Source of the DNA: an uncultured Planctomycetaceae bacterium
Lineage (GTDB): Bacteria; Planctomycetota; Planctomycetia; Pirellulales; PALSA-1355
Length of the DNA: 64,000 bases
Assembly (NCBI GenBank): GCA_963785305.1
Contig: CAWAUV010000007.1
Coordinates: forward strand, 1,280,001-1,344,000
Direction: 5' to 3'
The notes beneath the pieces were generated by a model. That model made no database searches. It had not been told where the DNA came from and saw nothing but the letters and a program-made list of their open reading frames with translations. Made by a program: the position numbers and the translations under genes. This document shows, piece after piece, positions 20,853-31,981 of this stretch. Every line of letters starts with the position of its first letter. Position 1 is the first letter of the stretch.

Positions 20853-23664
20853 TCACTTATGCGGAGCCGTGTCGGCTGGCTTGCCTTTCGCGGGCTCGTT
20901 CAGCAGCCCCTTCAGCGCGTCGATCGCTTTCTGCATTTCGCCAAGCTTGAGCCTGGCTTGATTCAATTCCACATTGCCCGTCGCTGGTTGCGCCTCGCCG
21001 GTCTCGCTTCCCGAGGAACCAAACAGCGCGCTCAGTGCCTCGTCGAGCGTGGGTTCCATCACGACCTTGTTTCCGGTCGCCACGATGACGCGTTTGAGCT
21101 GGGGAAAGTTCGTGCCCGCGGCCCTGAGATAAAGCGGGACCACATAGAGGAAGGAATTCTCGATCGGGATCACGACCAATTTGCCGCGAATGACACCCGA
21201 GCCTTTTTGATCCCAGAGGGTCAATTGTTGCGAAATCGTGGTGTTCTGGTCGATCATCGCGGACACTTGATTCGGGCCGTAGATCAACTTCTCCTTGGGA
21301 AGCTCGTAAAACAGCATTTTTCCGTACTCGGGGAAATCGCACCTGGCGGCCATCCAGGCGATCATATTGTCCCTGTTTTGCGGCGTGAAAGGACTCATGA
21401 TGAGGTATTCCAACTGCTCGCTTCCCGGAAGCTTCATGAGGATGTAATACGGTTCCATGGGCGCCAACTGCGCCGTCGTACTTTTCCTCCGGCGCCACCC
21501 AGAGATCCTCGCGGTTGTAGAAGACCTGGGGATCGGTCATGTGGAAGCTCTCGTATTGGTCCGCTTGAATTCCAAACAGGTCCTGTGGGTAGCGCAGATG
21601 GAGCTTTAGATCGGGCGGGAGTTCATTAAGGTCCTTGAAAACACCCGGAAAGGCGCGCCGGTAAACCGCGAGCACGGGGTCCGCGGGATCCATGACGTAG
21701 AACGACACCGTGCCGTCGTACATGTCCACGACGGCCTTCGCGGAATTGCGGATGTAATTCAGCCCCGCGCCGAAGTCGGTTTGATGCGGATTCGAATACG
21801 GAAAGCGGTTCGACGTGGTGTATACATCCTGGATCCAGTACTGTTTGCCTTCGCTCACGACGGCGTAAGGATCCGAGTCGAGACTCAAGAAGGGAGCGAC
21901 CCGCGACACGCGTTCCCGCACGTCCCGCCAGATCTGAATCCGGCTTCCGGGTTCGAGGTAGGACGTTAGCAGTAGATTGATATCGCCTTGCGTCCAGGCG
22001 AACAACAGCCGCTTGCCGAAGCTATCGATGGGTATCCCGCCATTTCCTTGATAGCTTTCATAGACATTCTGGTTCCCTTTCGGGTAGTCGAATTCCTTGA
22101 TGCCCGTCGCGACGATCCTGGAACCCCGCATCGACTCGCCATAGTAAATCGCGGGCTGCGATGTTTTCACGCCGCGAGTGGACTCCGGCGGAATGTTGTC
22201 GACGAGGTACACCGGAAAACCACCCGGCGTGATTTTCGAGACGAAATTCATCACCACGCCCTCGCCGTGCGTGAATTGCAAGTTGTAATTCACCCAAGTC
22301 CGCGCCTCGGCGGGAAGGTTCTCCGCGAGTTCCCGGGTCGAGAGCATCACTTGATGATAGCCATCGGCCAAGTGGTAACGGTCCGTATCCACGTTGTAAA
22401 ATTCGTAATAGAGACGTATGGCTTGAGTCTGCTGATAGGTTTGAAGCAGCGGACGCGAATCCCAGAGACGGATATTTTGGATCGTGCCTTGATTCCTCGC
22501 GATCATTTCCGGCGTGAGATCCTCGAGCGCCGGGTAAGCCGTCTCCTGGATTACGTCGAGGTTGTACGCTTTCCGCGTGAACTCGATGTAATTCTCCAAA
22601 TAGGGCTTCTCGAAGGCGAGTTCGTTCGGCTCCACCACGAACTGTTGAACAAGGGCCGGGGCCAACACGACGGCCACCATGTAGGTCGCCGCGTAGGAGC
22701 AGACGCCGATCGCCATGGCCTTCCGAGTCGGACGGAAAAAATTGAAGATCAGCAGCGCGCAAGCCACCGCCGAGACGCCGATCATGACCCACAGGGCAAC
22801 AAGAGTCGCATGAGCCGCCGTATAGCCGACGCCATGGACCACGCCCCTCGTGGAGTACAAAAGCTCGTACCGATCCAGGTAAAAGCCGAACCCGAAAGTA
22901 GCCGTCAAAATGAAGAAGAGCACGGTCAGATGCCGAACGGCGTTGCCCCAAGTCTCGATGTTGCGATCGTCGCGAAATCGCAATAGTCCGAAGCAGGCGT
23001 TGACGGAAACGACGGCGATGATCGCCAGCGCCGTCAAGAATACGCAGCTACCTCGTAGCAGCTCGTAAAAGGGAAGACGAAACAGATAAAACCCGACATC
23101 GACTTTGAAGATCGGATCCACCAATCCGACGGACTCGCCGTATCGGAAGCGGAGATACGTATCCCATTGAGTGTAGATACCAAGCGCGAAGGCCGCGGCG
23201 ACGATCGCCGCGGTGAGCATCGTGGCGCGAGTCAACAGATGGCGGGCGATACGAAGGCTTTGCATTTTGACGCCACGCGTATCGTCGAGCGAGCCGATTT
23301 TCGATTTCGGATCGTTCTCCGCCAGCGCGAAGCTATTCCTGGCCGCCTGGCGGATATTGATCCACAGGAACAAAAACGCCCCGATGAACGCAATACAGGC
23401 CATTCCCCACTCGACCGAAAACACCGTCCAGAATATGTCCGCGAAGCCTAGTTGTCGCAGCCACAACCAATTCCGCAGCACGTTGGGAATCACCGCGAGC
23501 ACGGCGATAACGAAGATCGCGGCGAAATAAAGCCGAGTAAACAGCTTGCGTCGTCCCGGGCGTAGCTGCTCCCGGCCCACGCCATGAGCGATGGGTGGAG
23601 AACCATTGTGCTCGACGACCAAGCGCGACGTGTCGACAGGCGGCGCGGCGGTGTTTCCGATCAT
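20853..23664 (-). CDS. UPF0182-family membrane protein, frameshift near 21470
   Basis: [78 protein letters not shown]. Confidence 0.9.
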
Positions 23665-23770
23665 GAGTTTTTCCTCCGCATGGCGGGTTAAGATATTACT
23701 TACTAAATGGCGTGGCGGTTGCTCGCCCAACAGGGACATCGGCTTGGCGAGTTGACGCTCCCGAAGGGGT

Positions 23771-24859
23771 TCATTGAATGTCTTGGGTCTTCGATGCGAT
23801 GCAGGCCAGCAGCTCCGTCCAGGACTTGCCGAACGACAAGGCCCCCTCGACCTGAAGCTGAATCGCCAGGGCATCGATATCGATGCCGGCCGCGACGAAT
23901 CTCGCGAGAACCTGTTCACCGGCGCCGCCGTCCGCGGGCAGAAGTCCTTCGATCGAGGATTGCTCGGCAAGGGCGTTCAAAGTGCCCTCGGGCATCGTGT
24001 TCACCGTGAACGGCGCGGCGAGAGCGTTGACATAAAGAAGATCGGATGCCGACGGATCCTTGGTTCCCGTGCTGGCCCAGAGCAAGCGCTGCGGACGGGC
24101 GCCGGTGTTGAAAAGCGCCTGCCAGCGATGGGAGTCGATCAGATCGCGATAGGCCGCATAGGTGCGGCGCGCGATTGCGATACCGAGTTGATTGCGTAGA
24201 TTTCCGGGGACTTTGTCGGCGACCGCCACGTCCCAGCGACTGATGAACATGGAAGCAACCGAGGCGATGTTGGGTTCCAAACCGGCGGTAATTCGCCGCT
24301 CGATTCCCCGCAGATAGGCCTCGGCGGCAGCTAGGTACTGCTCGCGGGAGAATAACAACGTCACATTCACCGGCACGCCCGAGAAGATTGCTTCCTCGAT
24401 TGCCACGAGGCCCTCTCGGGTACCGGGGATTTTGATGAAGAGGTTCGGGCGCCCCGCGCGGGCATGAAGTTCCTTGGCGGCGGCGACCGTGCCGGCCGTG
24501 TCATGCGCCAGCAGTGGCGACACCTCCAGCGAAACCCAGCCATCGACGCCGCTCGTGTGATCATGAATCCGCCGAAACAGGTCGGCGGCTCGCCTGAGGT
24601 CCTCGAGCGCCAACTCGAAGAACAGCGACTCGCCTGACAGACCGTGCTTCACCTTCTGGCGGATGGCGTCGTCGTAGTCGTGGCTGTTCTTGATGGCGTG
24701 GTCGAAGATCGTGGGGTTCGAAGTAAGCCCCGTGACCGAGAACTCGTTGATATAGCGACGTAGCGAGCCGCCGGCCAGCAAATCGCGGGTAATGTTGTCG
24801 AGCCAGATGCTCTGGCCCATTTCGTGTAATATTTCGGTCGCTCGGATCGCCGTTTTCAT
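23771..24859 (-). CDS. tal: Transaldolase (type 2, long form)
   Basis: GQSIWLDNI, GLTSNPTIF, VSLEVSP, FIKIPGT (Schiff-base Lys), NVTLLFS, QRLLWASTGTK. Confidence 0.93.
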   Translation of the reverse strand: MKTAIRATEILHEMGQSIWLDNITRDLLAGGSLRRYINEFSVTGLTSNPTIFDHAIKNSHDYDDAIRQKVKHGLSGESLFFELALEDLRRAADLFRRIHDHTSGVDGWVSLEVSPLLAHDTAGTVAAAKELHARAGRPNLFIKIPGTREGLVAIEEAIFSGVPVNVTLLFSREQYLAAAEAYLRGIERRITAGLEPNIASVASMFISRWDVAVADKVPGNLRNQLGIAIARRTYAAYRDLIDSHRWQALFNTGARPQRLLWASTGTKDPSASDLLYVNALAAPFTVNTMPEGTLNALAEQSSIEGLLPADGGAGEQVLARFVAAGIDIDALAIQLQVEGALSFGKSWTELLACIASKTQDIQ

Positions 24860-24929
24860 GTTGATATCCTTTTGGGTAGTTGCCGTCGCCAGTCCGCTCG
24901 GTTCGAACGGGACATCTCGAAGGATCGCT

Positions 24930-25391
24930 TCATGGCGCAGCGCTCGGGATTTCCAGCGCATGCACTTTGGCGAGGCGGCGCTTGTGGCGTTCCGCGCCGC
25001 TGAAGCGAGCGGTCAGGAAGGTCTCGATCAGTTCGCAAGCAAGCGCGGATCCGATCACTTTGCCTCCCAGGCAAAAGACATTCATATCGTCGTCCTCGAC
25101 TCCCTGGTGCGCGGAAAACTCATCGTGGATTAGCCCGGCGCGCACTCCGGGAATCTTGTTCGCGGCGACGGACGCTCCCACGCCGCTGCCACAGAACGCC
25201 ACTCCGCGCTCGACCGTTCCCGACGCGACTGCCCTGGCCAAGGCAATGATGAAGTCGGGATAGTCATCGTCGAGTTGCAATTGATAAGCGCCGAAGTCCA
25301 CGACCTCGTATCCCAAGCCGCGCAGCGAGTCCGCCACTTGCTCTTTCAAGGCAAACCCTCCATGATCCGCGGCGATTCCAACTCGCATCAT
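24930..25391 (-). CDS. rpiB: Ribose-5-phosphate isomerase B
   Basis: ADHGG, DDYPD, CGSGVG, ANKIPGVRA, F....RH.RR. Confidence 0.92.
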   Translation of the reverse strand: MMRVGIAADHGGFALKEQVADSLRGLGYEVVDFGAYQLQLDDDYPDFIIALARAVASGTVERGVAFCGSGVGASVAANKIPGVRAGLIHDEFSAHQGVEDDDMNVFCLGGKVIGSALACELIETFLTARFSGAERHKRRLAKVHALEIPSAAP

Positions 25392-25725
25392 GGTTTCTCC
25401 CTAGGCCGAGCGGGGTTTGACTTTTCTCATGGATCGCGGCAATTCGTGACGGATCGGCTTTGACGCCACGGTCAGGGCCCCGGGTTCCTGGATTCCCGAG
25501 GGGGCGCCTTCGCGGGCACGATCTCTCGCGCCCAAGTATTTCAAAAGCCAGTGGAATCGTGCTCAGCGCGCCCACCGCGACAAGGGCCCAGCCAGCGGCC
25601 TTCCGCTGATCGTTATTCAACCTGCCGGCCAGCAGCAGACCGAGCCCGGCCCCGAATACCGCCCGGGTGCCGGCCAAGAGAGCAATGTCAGGTAATGTCA
25701 CTCTTCGTTCCCGCATGTCGCTCAT
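25264..25725 (-). CDS. Small two-helix membrane protein (true stop probably earlier than the ORF end)
   Basis: MRERRVTLPDIALLAGTRAVFGAGLGLLLA...RKAAGWALVAVGALSTIPL. The ORF tail overlaps rpiB, so a frameshift is likely. Confidence 0.55.
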   Translation of the reverse strand: MSDMRERRVTLPDIALLAGTRAVFGAGLGLLLAGRLNNDQRKAAGWALVAVGALSTIPLAFEILGRERSCPRRRPLGNPGTRGPDRGVKADPSRIAAIHEKSQTPLGLGRNHDASWNRRGSWRVCLERASGGLAARLGIRGRGLRRLSIATRR

Positions 25726-25861
25726 GGTCGGAGTCTCTCGACGAATTCTTGCTTGACGTTGACCATTGAACTGAAATCGGGCCGGTTATTTTCAAAAGGG
25801 TCAGTCGCCCTTCGAGGTCCTTCAGTTTCGCGAAACAGCCGGGGCAATAGGCCGCCATCAA

Positions 25862-25972
25862 CGAAAAAAGCCGACGCGATCGAGCGCCCAAAGGCGCTCG
25901 ATCGCGTCGGCTTACTTTTTAACGAGCCACCCGGTGTGAGCCGGAGCGCCCTTTACCTAGTCTTCCGACAAC
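25862..25972 (-). promoter_or_regulatory. Candidate cis-regulatory RNA: structured leader plus intrinsic terminator
   Basis: Perfect 21-bp stem (25868-25888 / 25893-25913) followed by a U-tract on the minus strand. Upstream GTCGG (25969-25965) can pair with CCGAC in the terminator 5' arm. Confidence 0.6.
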
Positions 25973-26103
25973 GTTGACTAAATGCTTCGTTTCACCGGCA
26001 CTCAGTCATCATGCGTTGGATTCATTGTACGACGTCGCAACCGGAAGGCAAACGAAATGTATTTCGGGCGACGCCGGATCGACTTGTCGCCCGCGGCCGG
26101 AAG

Positions 26104-26721
26104 TCAAGCCAAGGGAGGCTTCGCATCGCCCGCATGCAGATGCAACTCCGCGGAGTCGCTTTCTTTAAGCACAGCTTGGGCCTTGTTCAACTCCGGCAGA
26201 TCGCCGTGGGCAATCAAGAGCACCTTTCCGTCCTTGACGCATTTCTCGTAATGGTCGATATGCTCGTCGCGAACGCCGATGCCCGCCAACGCGCCCAGGA
26301 AACCGCCCACGGCCGCGCCCGCGAGCAGGCCGCCTATCGGACCTGCGAGAAAGACGGTTCCCACTCCGGCCACCAGGGCGACCGCGATCCCGCCAAGGTA
26401 GCCAAGCACCCCTCCCAGGCCGCCGCAAAGGGCCGAGTCGTGCATCGATTCATCGCCCATTTTGAGGTCCGCGACCAACTCGGGGTCACTCTTCAGACGC
26501 GAGATCACTAGCGAAACCTGGCTCCGCGGAAAATTGGCGAGATGCAGCATGTGCATCGCGCCTTCCGCTTTTTCAATCGACTCGTAAACAGCGATCACGC
26601 ATGCGCCTAGCATTCGCTCCGCCAGGTGCATCAAATGTCCGTGCTTCGGATGATTCCCCGAGCCAATCGCGCGAACATCCAATATCTTGCCATGGCTCAT
26701 GTCATTCGTTTCAGCAGTCAT
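26104..26721 (-). CDS. General-stress-protein-like membrane protein (Gly-zipper)
   Basis: AVYESIEKAEGA...L....F....VSL, GGLGGVLG...GPIGGLLAGAAVGG.LGALAGIGV....YEKCVKDGKVLL. Confidence 0.7.
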   Translation of the reverse strand: MTAETNDMSHGKILDVRAIGSGNHPKHGHLMHLAERMLGACVIAVYESIEKAEGAMHMLHLANFPRSQVSLVISRLKSDPELVADLKMGDESMHDSALCGGLGGVLGYLGGIAVALVAGVGTVFLAGPIGGLLAGAAVGGFLGALAGIGVRDEHIDHYEKCVKDGKVLLIAHGDLPELNKAQAVLKESDSAELHLHAGDAKPPLA

Positions 26722-27060
26722 TATGAACTCCAGTCCCGTGGGCCAATTCCACGGTCAGCTTAGAATCGACACTCGAAGCCAGCTCGAAATCTTTGTTGCA
26801 AGCAGGCGCATATTCCGACGGGGCGAGCGCGGCGCTTCCCGTTCGATTCTACCTAGGAACAAAATGGTTCGCGAACTAGCGCGCGCGATTGCTTCGAACC
26901 CAAATGACGAGTGAACGGTGAGGTGGCCCCCCAAAAAAGAGCCTGCCGATGAAGTATAGGGGTCATCTCCCAGCGGGAGTAGGGTCAAAGAACCGGTTCA
27001 GCGCTCCGAACATCCGTCCGACAGCCCGCCACGAACGGCCGGATACGGCAATTGCTCGGT

Positions 27061-27264
27061 TCAAAACAAAACCCTAATTCCCCATGAGAACGCCACGAGA
27101 AACATCCAAAATCCGAGACCCGTGAAAAAGACCAAGTAGCCGTCGAAATCGATTTCGCTCGACCGACGAAACAGCCGGACAACGAGCCAACCCGGGCCGC
27201 GAATCAGAAGCTCGACGATGACAAGATCGCACGCTTCAATCAGCAACTCGACAACAGCATTCAT
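27061..27264 (-). CDS. Small hypothetical membrane protein
   Basis: MNAVVELLIEACDLVIVELLIRGPGWLVV...YLVFFTGLGFWMFLVAFSW. Confidence 0.45.
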   Translation of the reverse strand: MNAVVELLIEACDLVIVELLIRGPGWLVVRLFRRSSEIDFDGYLVFFTGLGFWMFLVAFSWGIRVLF

Positions 27265-27290
27265 GAGCAGGCTCTCAACGATGCGCGGCT

Positions 27291-27963
27291 TCAGCCCCCG
27301 CCCATGGCCAGCGCTCTTTTCAGCGGGCATGATTCGGGAATCGTGGCGCCTCGCCGATAGCGCTCCAGCAATTCGTGCGAGCGTCGGGCCAGCAGGCGGC
27401 GGACTTCGCGGCGCTTTCCCTTGACTCGCGGAATCACCATGCCATCATAGCCGGTCGTCTGGTGTCGCATCCAGGCAATGACCGCGGCTTCGGCGCGCTG
27501 CGCGACCGGGATGCGTTTCGTGCGAGCAACAGTGCCCGAGCCAACCGGCGTCGCGTGTTCGGTCACCAGCTTGGCAAGCCGGGCGGCGAGATCGGCATGG
27601 GTCGCGTGGAAATCGAGGAAGGTCACGACCGCCCCCTGGAAGTCCTCGACATATTCGGCCTGGGCTTGCGCGGCGTCGGACATCGGCTTCTTTCTTCTTG
27701 GCGAAACTCGCGGTCGAACGCTCCGCTTCGAGTTCGGCGCGAATGCGCGCGATCGTGGCCGCCGAGGTCCAAATCCCGCGCGAGAAAACCCTGCGGCCTT
27801 TCTTCTCGGCGATCACCCAATGATCGCCCGCGGCTTTGGCCCGACGCGTCAGAGCGGCGTCGCCGGGCGGCAAAAGAATCCATCCCGCGGGCACGCTCAG
27901 CACTTTGCCATCGGCGCCGCGAACCGTGTTGGGCGAGGGGCCGGGCACGAAGACGATGGTCAC
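27291..27963 (-). CDS. DUF2293-domain protein, frameshift near 27670
   Basis: GTGA overlap with the upstream gene. PAGWILLPPGDAALTRR, FSRGIW, HATPVGSGTVAR, AEAAVIAWMRHQTTGYD. Confidence 0.8.
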
Positions 27964-28526
27964 GCGCGAGCTCCATAATGCACCGCCAGCCACACGGTCG
28001 GTTCCGTGGGCGTGGTCCAATCGACGCGGTGCTTCCGGCGCGCCGCGATGTTCACTAAATCGCCAGGCCGCAGCTCCGCGGCGCCATCGTCGAATTCCAG
28101 CCTCGCCGCTCCCCGCAGCACAAGCACCCACTCGTCCCGCGGTTGGTCATACCAAAAGCTCTGGGGCGAGGCGTGGCCATGGGAGATGATGCGCTCGATG
28201 CGGACATCGGTGGCGGTGACCAGAATCTGGACCAGCTCGTGGGGCAACTGCCGCGGAAGATCAGCGAGCAAATTCCCGGCGTCCTCCCCTGCCCCATCGC
28301 CGCAAGGCTCCAATCGCTGAAAACGAGGCGTCGGCTGCCCGGCGATGGTCACCGACTCGATGAACATCGGCTTGGGACGCGCCCAGAGGCCGTGGTCGTC
28401 GTAATCTTGCCGGTAGACGACGAGCTCTTCGAGCGTCTCGCTATGACGGGCCACGCCGACGACGGTATATTCCTTGCCCTTGTAGTGACGATAGCGGCCG
28501 GGCCGGACCGAGGCGTTGTCGTTCAT
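27960..28526 (-). CDS. DUF1653 + cupin fusion protein
   Basis: N-terminal PGRYRHYKG.EY.V.GVARHSETLEELVVY...LWARP..MF. C-terminal RIERIISHGHASP..FWYDQ..DEWV..L.G.A.L...KHRVDWT. Confidence 0.8.
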   Translation of the reverse strand: MNDNASVRPGRYRHYKGKEYTVVGVARHSETLEELVVYRQDYDDHGLWARPKPMFIESVTIAGQPTPRFQRLEPCGDGAGEDAGNLLADLPRQLPHELVQILVTATDVRIERIISHGHASPQSFWYDQPRDEWVLVLRGAARLEFDDGAAELRPGDLVNIAARRKHRVDWTTPTEPTVWLAVHYGARA

Positions 28527-28542
28527 CGTTTCGTCTTCTGTT

Positions 28543-29037
28543 TCATGTTGCTTCGCCGCCGCGCGGCAGCGACTTCTTCGCCGACGAGGCGTTTCGGGCC
28601 ACGGCGGCTTTCACGAGCGCCTGAAACGCGCCCGCGTCGACCGTTTCGCCTTCGCGAATGTCGATCGCCCTGCGCGTGTTGCCTTCCAAGCCGGAATTGA
28701 AGAGACGCGACGGATCGGGGAGCGCGGCGCCGCGGGCGAATGTGAGCTTCACGACCTTCGCATAAGACTCGCCAGTGCAGACGATCCCGTCGTGCGACCA
28801 GACCGGCACGCCACGCCACTTCCACTGCTCGATCATCTCGGAGTCGGCTTCCAAGATCAACGCCCGCATTCGGGCCAGGGTCTCGCCGCGCCATCCGGCC
28901 AGCTCGCGGATCCGTCGATCGATGAGCCGCGCGGCGGATTCGCCAGCCGCTGGTAGTTGCGAAGGTTCGGCTTCAACGGCATTGGGCCCGGAGATTGGCT
29001 CTGCCTTGACGCTGGGTTTTGCGTTTTTTCGAGTCAT
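28543..29037 (-). CDS. DUF1801 (YdhG-like) protein
   Basis: WRGETLARMRALI..AD....EQWKWRGVPVWSHDGIVCTGE.Y...VKLTFARGA.L.DP..LFN. Confidence 0.85.
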   Translation of the reverse strand: MTRKNAKPSVKAEPISGPNAVEAEPSQLPAAGESAARLIDRRIRELAGWRGETLARMRALILEADSEMIEQWKWRGVPVWSHDGIVCTGESYAKVVKLTFARGAALPDPSRLFNSGLEGNTRRAIDIREGETVDAGAFQALVKAAVARNASSAKKSLPRGGEAT

Positions 29038-29384
29038 CGTTCGTTGCCTTTGCTTCGCGTTTTCATGAATGCCGGGATGCAGCTCAGCGCCCGCGCGATC
29101 GCAAAGGATAGCAACTTCGTGCAAAAAAGTCTCCCGGGGCGGGCAATCACGGCGACGGCCTCCTGGGCCCCGAGGGCCAGTTTTTGTCAAACGGGTCGAA
29201 GGGCGCGCGAATCGATCGATCGCCGCCGGGACGGTCGACCGACAATCTCGGCCCGCGGTGGATTGATCGACCGTTTCTAGAATGTCATACTCGTCGCGCA
29301 CTCCGTTGTTCATTCGATCAGTTTTTTTTGGGCATCGACATTGATCCGACGCCCAGAGCTTTTAATGGAGGCCGAGCTTCAGCA

Positions 29385-31723
29385 ATGTCCAAAGCCGAAC
29401 AACATCGTTCCGACGATTCCGAGGCCCTGGAGTGGGTGGCCAGCGCCGTGGGAAATGCCGCGAAGTCGGCCATGTTTTGCGTCGCGGGCCGCATGCCCGG
29501 GGTCGATCCGGAAATCGAAATCGCGGAACTGGGCGCGGTGAAATTTCCGCTGAAACCCGGGGCGGCCAAAAAACTGATCGCTTGCTGCCAAACCGCGCCC
29601 TACGGCAAGGGTACGAAAACTTTGGTCGACACCAAGGTCCGAAAGACCTGGGAGCTATCTCCCAAGGCTTTTCGCTTGGGCGCCGCATGGAATTCGGCCG
29701 TGGCCGAGGTCACGCGCTCCATCGCCGAAAAACTTGGCCTGCCGGCGGATCGATTGACGCCTAAGCTGTACAAGCTACTGGTTTACGAAAAAGGAGGGTT
29801 CTTTCTTCCGCATCGCGACAGCGAGAAGCACGACCGGATGGTGGCGAGCTTAATTGTCGTGCTTCCCAACCATTTCGAGGGCGGCGCTCTCGTCGTGCGC
29901 CATGGCGGCGTCGAGCAAACGATGACTTTTCAGGAAGCCGCCGGTGGCCAGACGCCGTCGTATGCCGCTTTCTATGCGGACTGCGAACATGAAGTCCGGC
30001 GAGTTTTACGCGGACTTCGGCTCTGCTTGACCTATAATTTGGTTCTGGCCCCGAAGAGCAAGAACGCCTCGACGAGCGCAACACCGTCCGACGCGACCGA
30101 AAACCTGGCCCAATCGCTCGGAGCCTGGGTGGCCCAGCAACCGGACAAGCCCTTGGTCTTCGCCCTGGAGCATCACTACACGGAGCGCGGCTTGTCGCTC
30201 GATCTCTTGAAGGGCGCCGATCGCCGGCTTTCCGATCTGGTCGTGGCGGCGGCCTCGCGGGCGGATTGTCGGGTGTATTTATCGCAAGTCACACGTCACT
30301 TGTCGCAATGGGCCGACGATGGCAGTTTTGGCGATGGCTATTCGCGCTACGGGCGCCCAGCCGTGCGCCATGCGATCGAAATTGGCGAGACCTACGAAGA
30401 CGAACTGCTTGGCAGCGAATGGACCGATGTCGATGGAACCAAGCAGCCCTGGGGAGCGATTCCATTCGCCCCGGCGGCGATCGTCGCGTCGACACCCTTG
30501 GACGAATGGAAGCCGACCTCGGAAACATTCGAAGGCTACACCGGCAACGCTGGCAACACGCTCGATCGCTTGTATCAAAGATCGGCGCTCGCCGTTTGGC
30601 ATCGCGACCATCATTTCGAGATCGTCGCCAGTTGCGGCATACCCCACTGCATGCCCCTATTCGCGGCGATGATCGCGAAACTGGCAAAGACTCCCAAGGC
30701 CCGGCTCGAGGCGGCGCGAACCGATGCGATGCGCTTTGCGCGCGAATCATCGCCCGTTGGCCGACGGGATACAGTGCCTACAACGCGGTATCCGCTGATC
30801 AAAAAGCAAGCGACGCTCTTTTCGCCAAGAATCTGTTGGCGCTCCATGATCAGGACACGATCGCGATGTACTTGCGGAAACTGGCCGAGGTTGATCGTTT
30901 CATGGATATAAAAACGCTGGTCGTGGGGGCGTGCCGCGAGTTCGGCTCGGCTGCGTTCGCCAAGGAACTCGAGGAATTGATCGCCTCGCCGTCGTCTCCG
31001 CAGCGCGGCTTGGCTTTGCGAGACGCCAAATGGCTCATGGCGCTGAGCGGTGATCGGCGCGTCGATCCGAAGAAACCGGCGCTCGTCGGCAAGTTATGCA
31101 AATTGGCCGCGAATTGCTTCCGCGACAAGAACGAGATCGCCTCCCGGCGACACTACTATGAAAAGATTTCCGTCGCCGAAGCTTCGCTCGCGCCCCTACT
31201 CGAGGCACTCATCCACGGCGACGAGAAGCAGCTTCTATCGGAGGTGCTGCGCCATGTCGAGCAATCGCCCACAGTCTTTCACCTGAATGATTGCCAAGTC
31301 CCGGCCTTGAAATCGCTAATCGCTCGGTCGCGGCGACGATACGGCGCGGTCCCGCCGCCGCTCGCGGCTTGGCTGGCTTCGGTGCGATGGCGGCTCGAAC
31401 TGGCGACCCGCGCCGAGCCGACGCCGCCAGTTGATTGGACTCGGCCGGCCGAGTTCAAATGCAACTGCCGGCATTGCGGGCAGCTCCGCGCCTTTCTGGT
31501 CGACCCGACGAACGCAGTCGGACGGATCGCGGCCGCGGAAAGTTCTCGTGGGCATTTGATCGACACGATCGAACAAAACCGCTGTGACGTCAAACATGCT
31601 TTGGAACGCAAAGGCAGTCCGTATTCCCTGGTGCTTACCAAGACGAACCAAACGTTCGACCGCGCGCTCAAGCAATATCTAGTGGACTGCAAGCTCCTGA
31701 GCTCGCTGCCGGCCGATCCGTGA
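29385..31723 (+). CDS. Large 2OG-Fe(II) oxygenase-domain protein, frameshift near 30745
   Basis: LYKLLVYEKGGFFLPHRDSEK (HxD), ADCEHEV (distal His), R.CLTYNL. C-terminal CNCRHC motif. Confidence 0.85.
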
Positions 31724-31762
31724 TCGGCCAGCAGCGGATTGACCGGCGATCAGTCCCGGTTA

Positions 31763-31981
31763 TCAGCGTGACGGCGCGAGCCAACGCAGTTCGGATGCGA
31801 GGCTTTCCTCGCCCGGGCGGTCGCCGCGGTTGATCGCTTCGGCTCGCAACTGTTCCACTCGCGCGATCCGGCGATGGACGCGAACCACCAGCCGCAGGTC
31901 TGCCTGGCAGCGGCGGCAAGTCTCGCGCAATGGTTGCGACGCGCGGCACACCGGGCAACGGAACGCGGGTTCAGCGGACAT
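31763..31981 (-). CDS. Small zinc-ribbon protein (CxxC...CxxC)
   Basis: MSAEPAFRCPVCRASQPLRETCRRCQADL. The start overlaps the Hsp70 stop. Confidence 0.7.
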   Translation of the reverse strand: MSAEPAFRCPVCRASQPLRETCRRCQADLRLVVRVHRRIARVEQLRAEAINRGDRPGEESLASELRWLAPSR

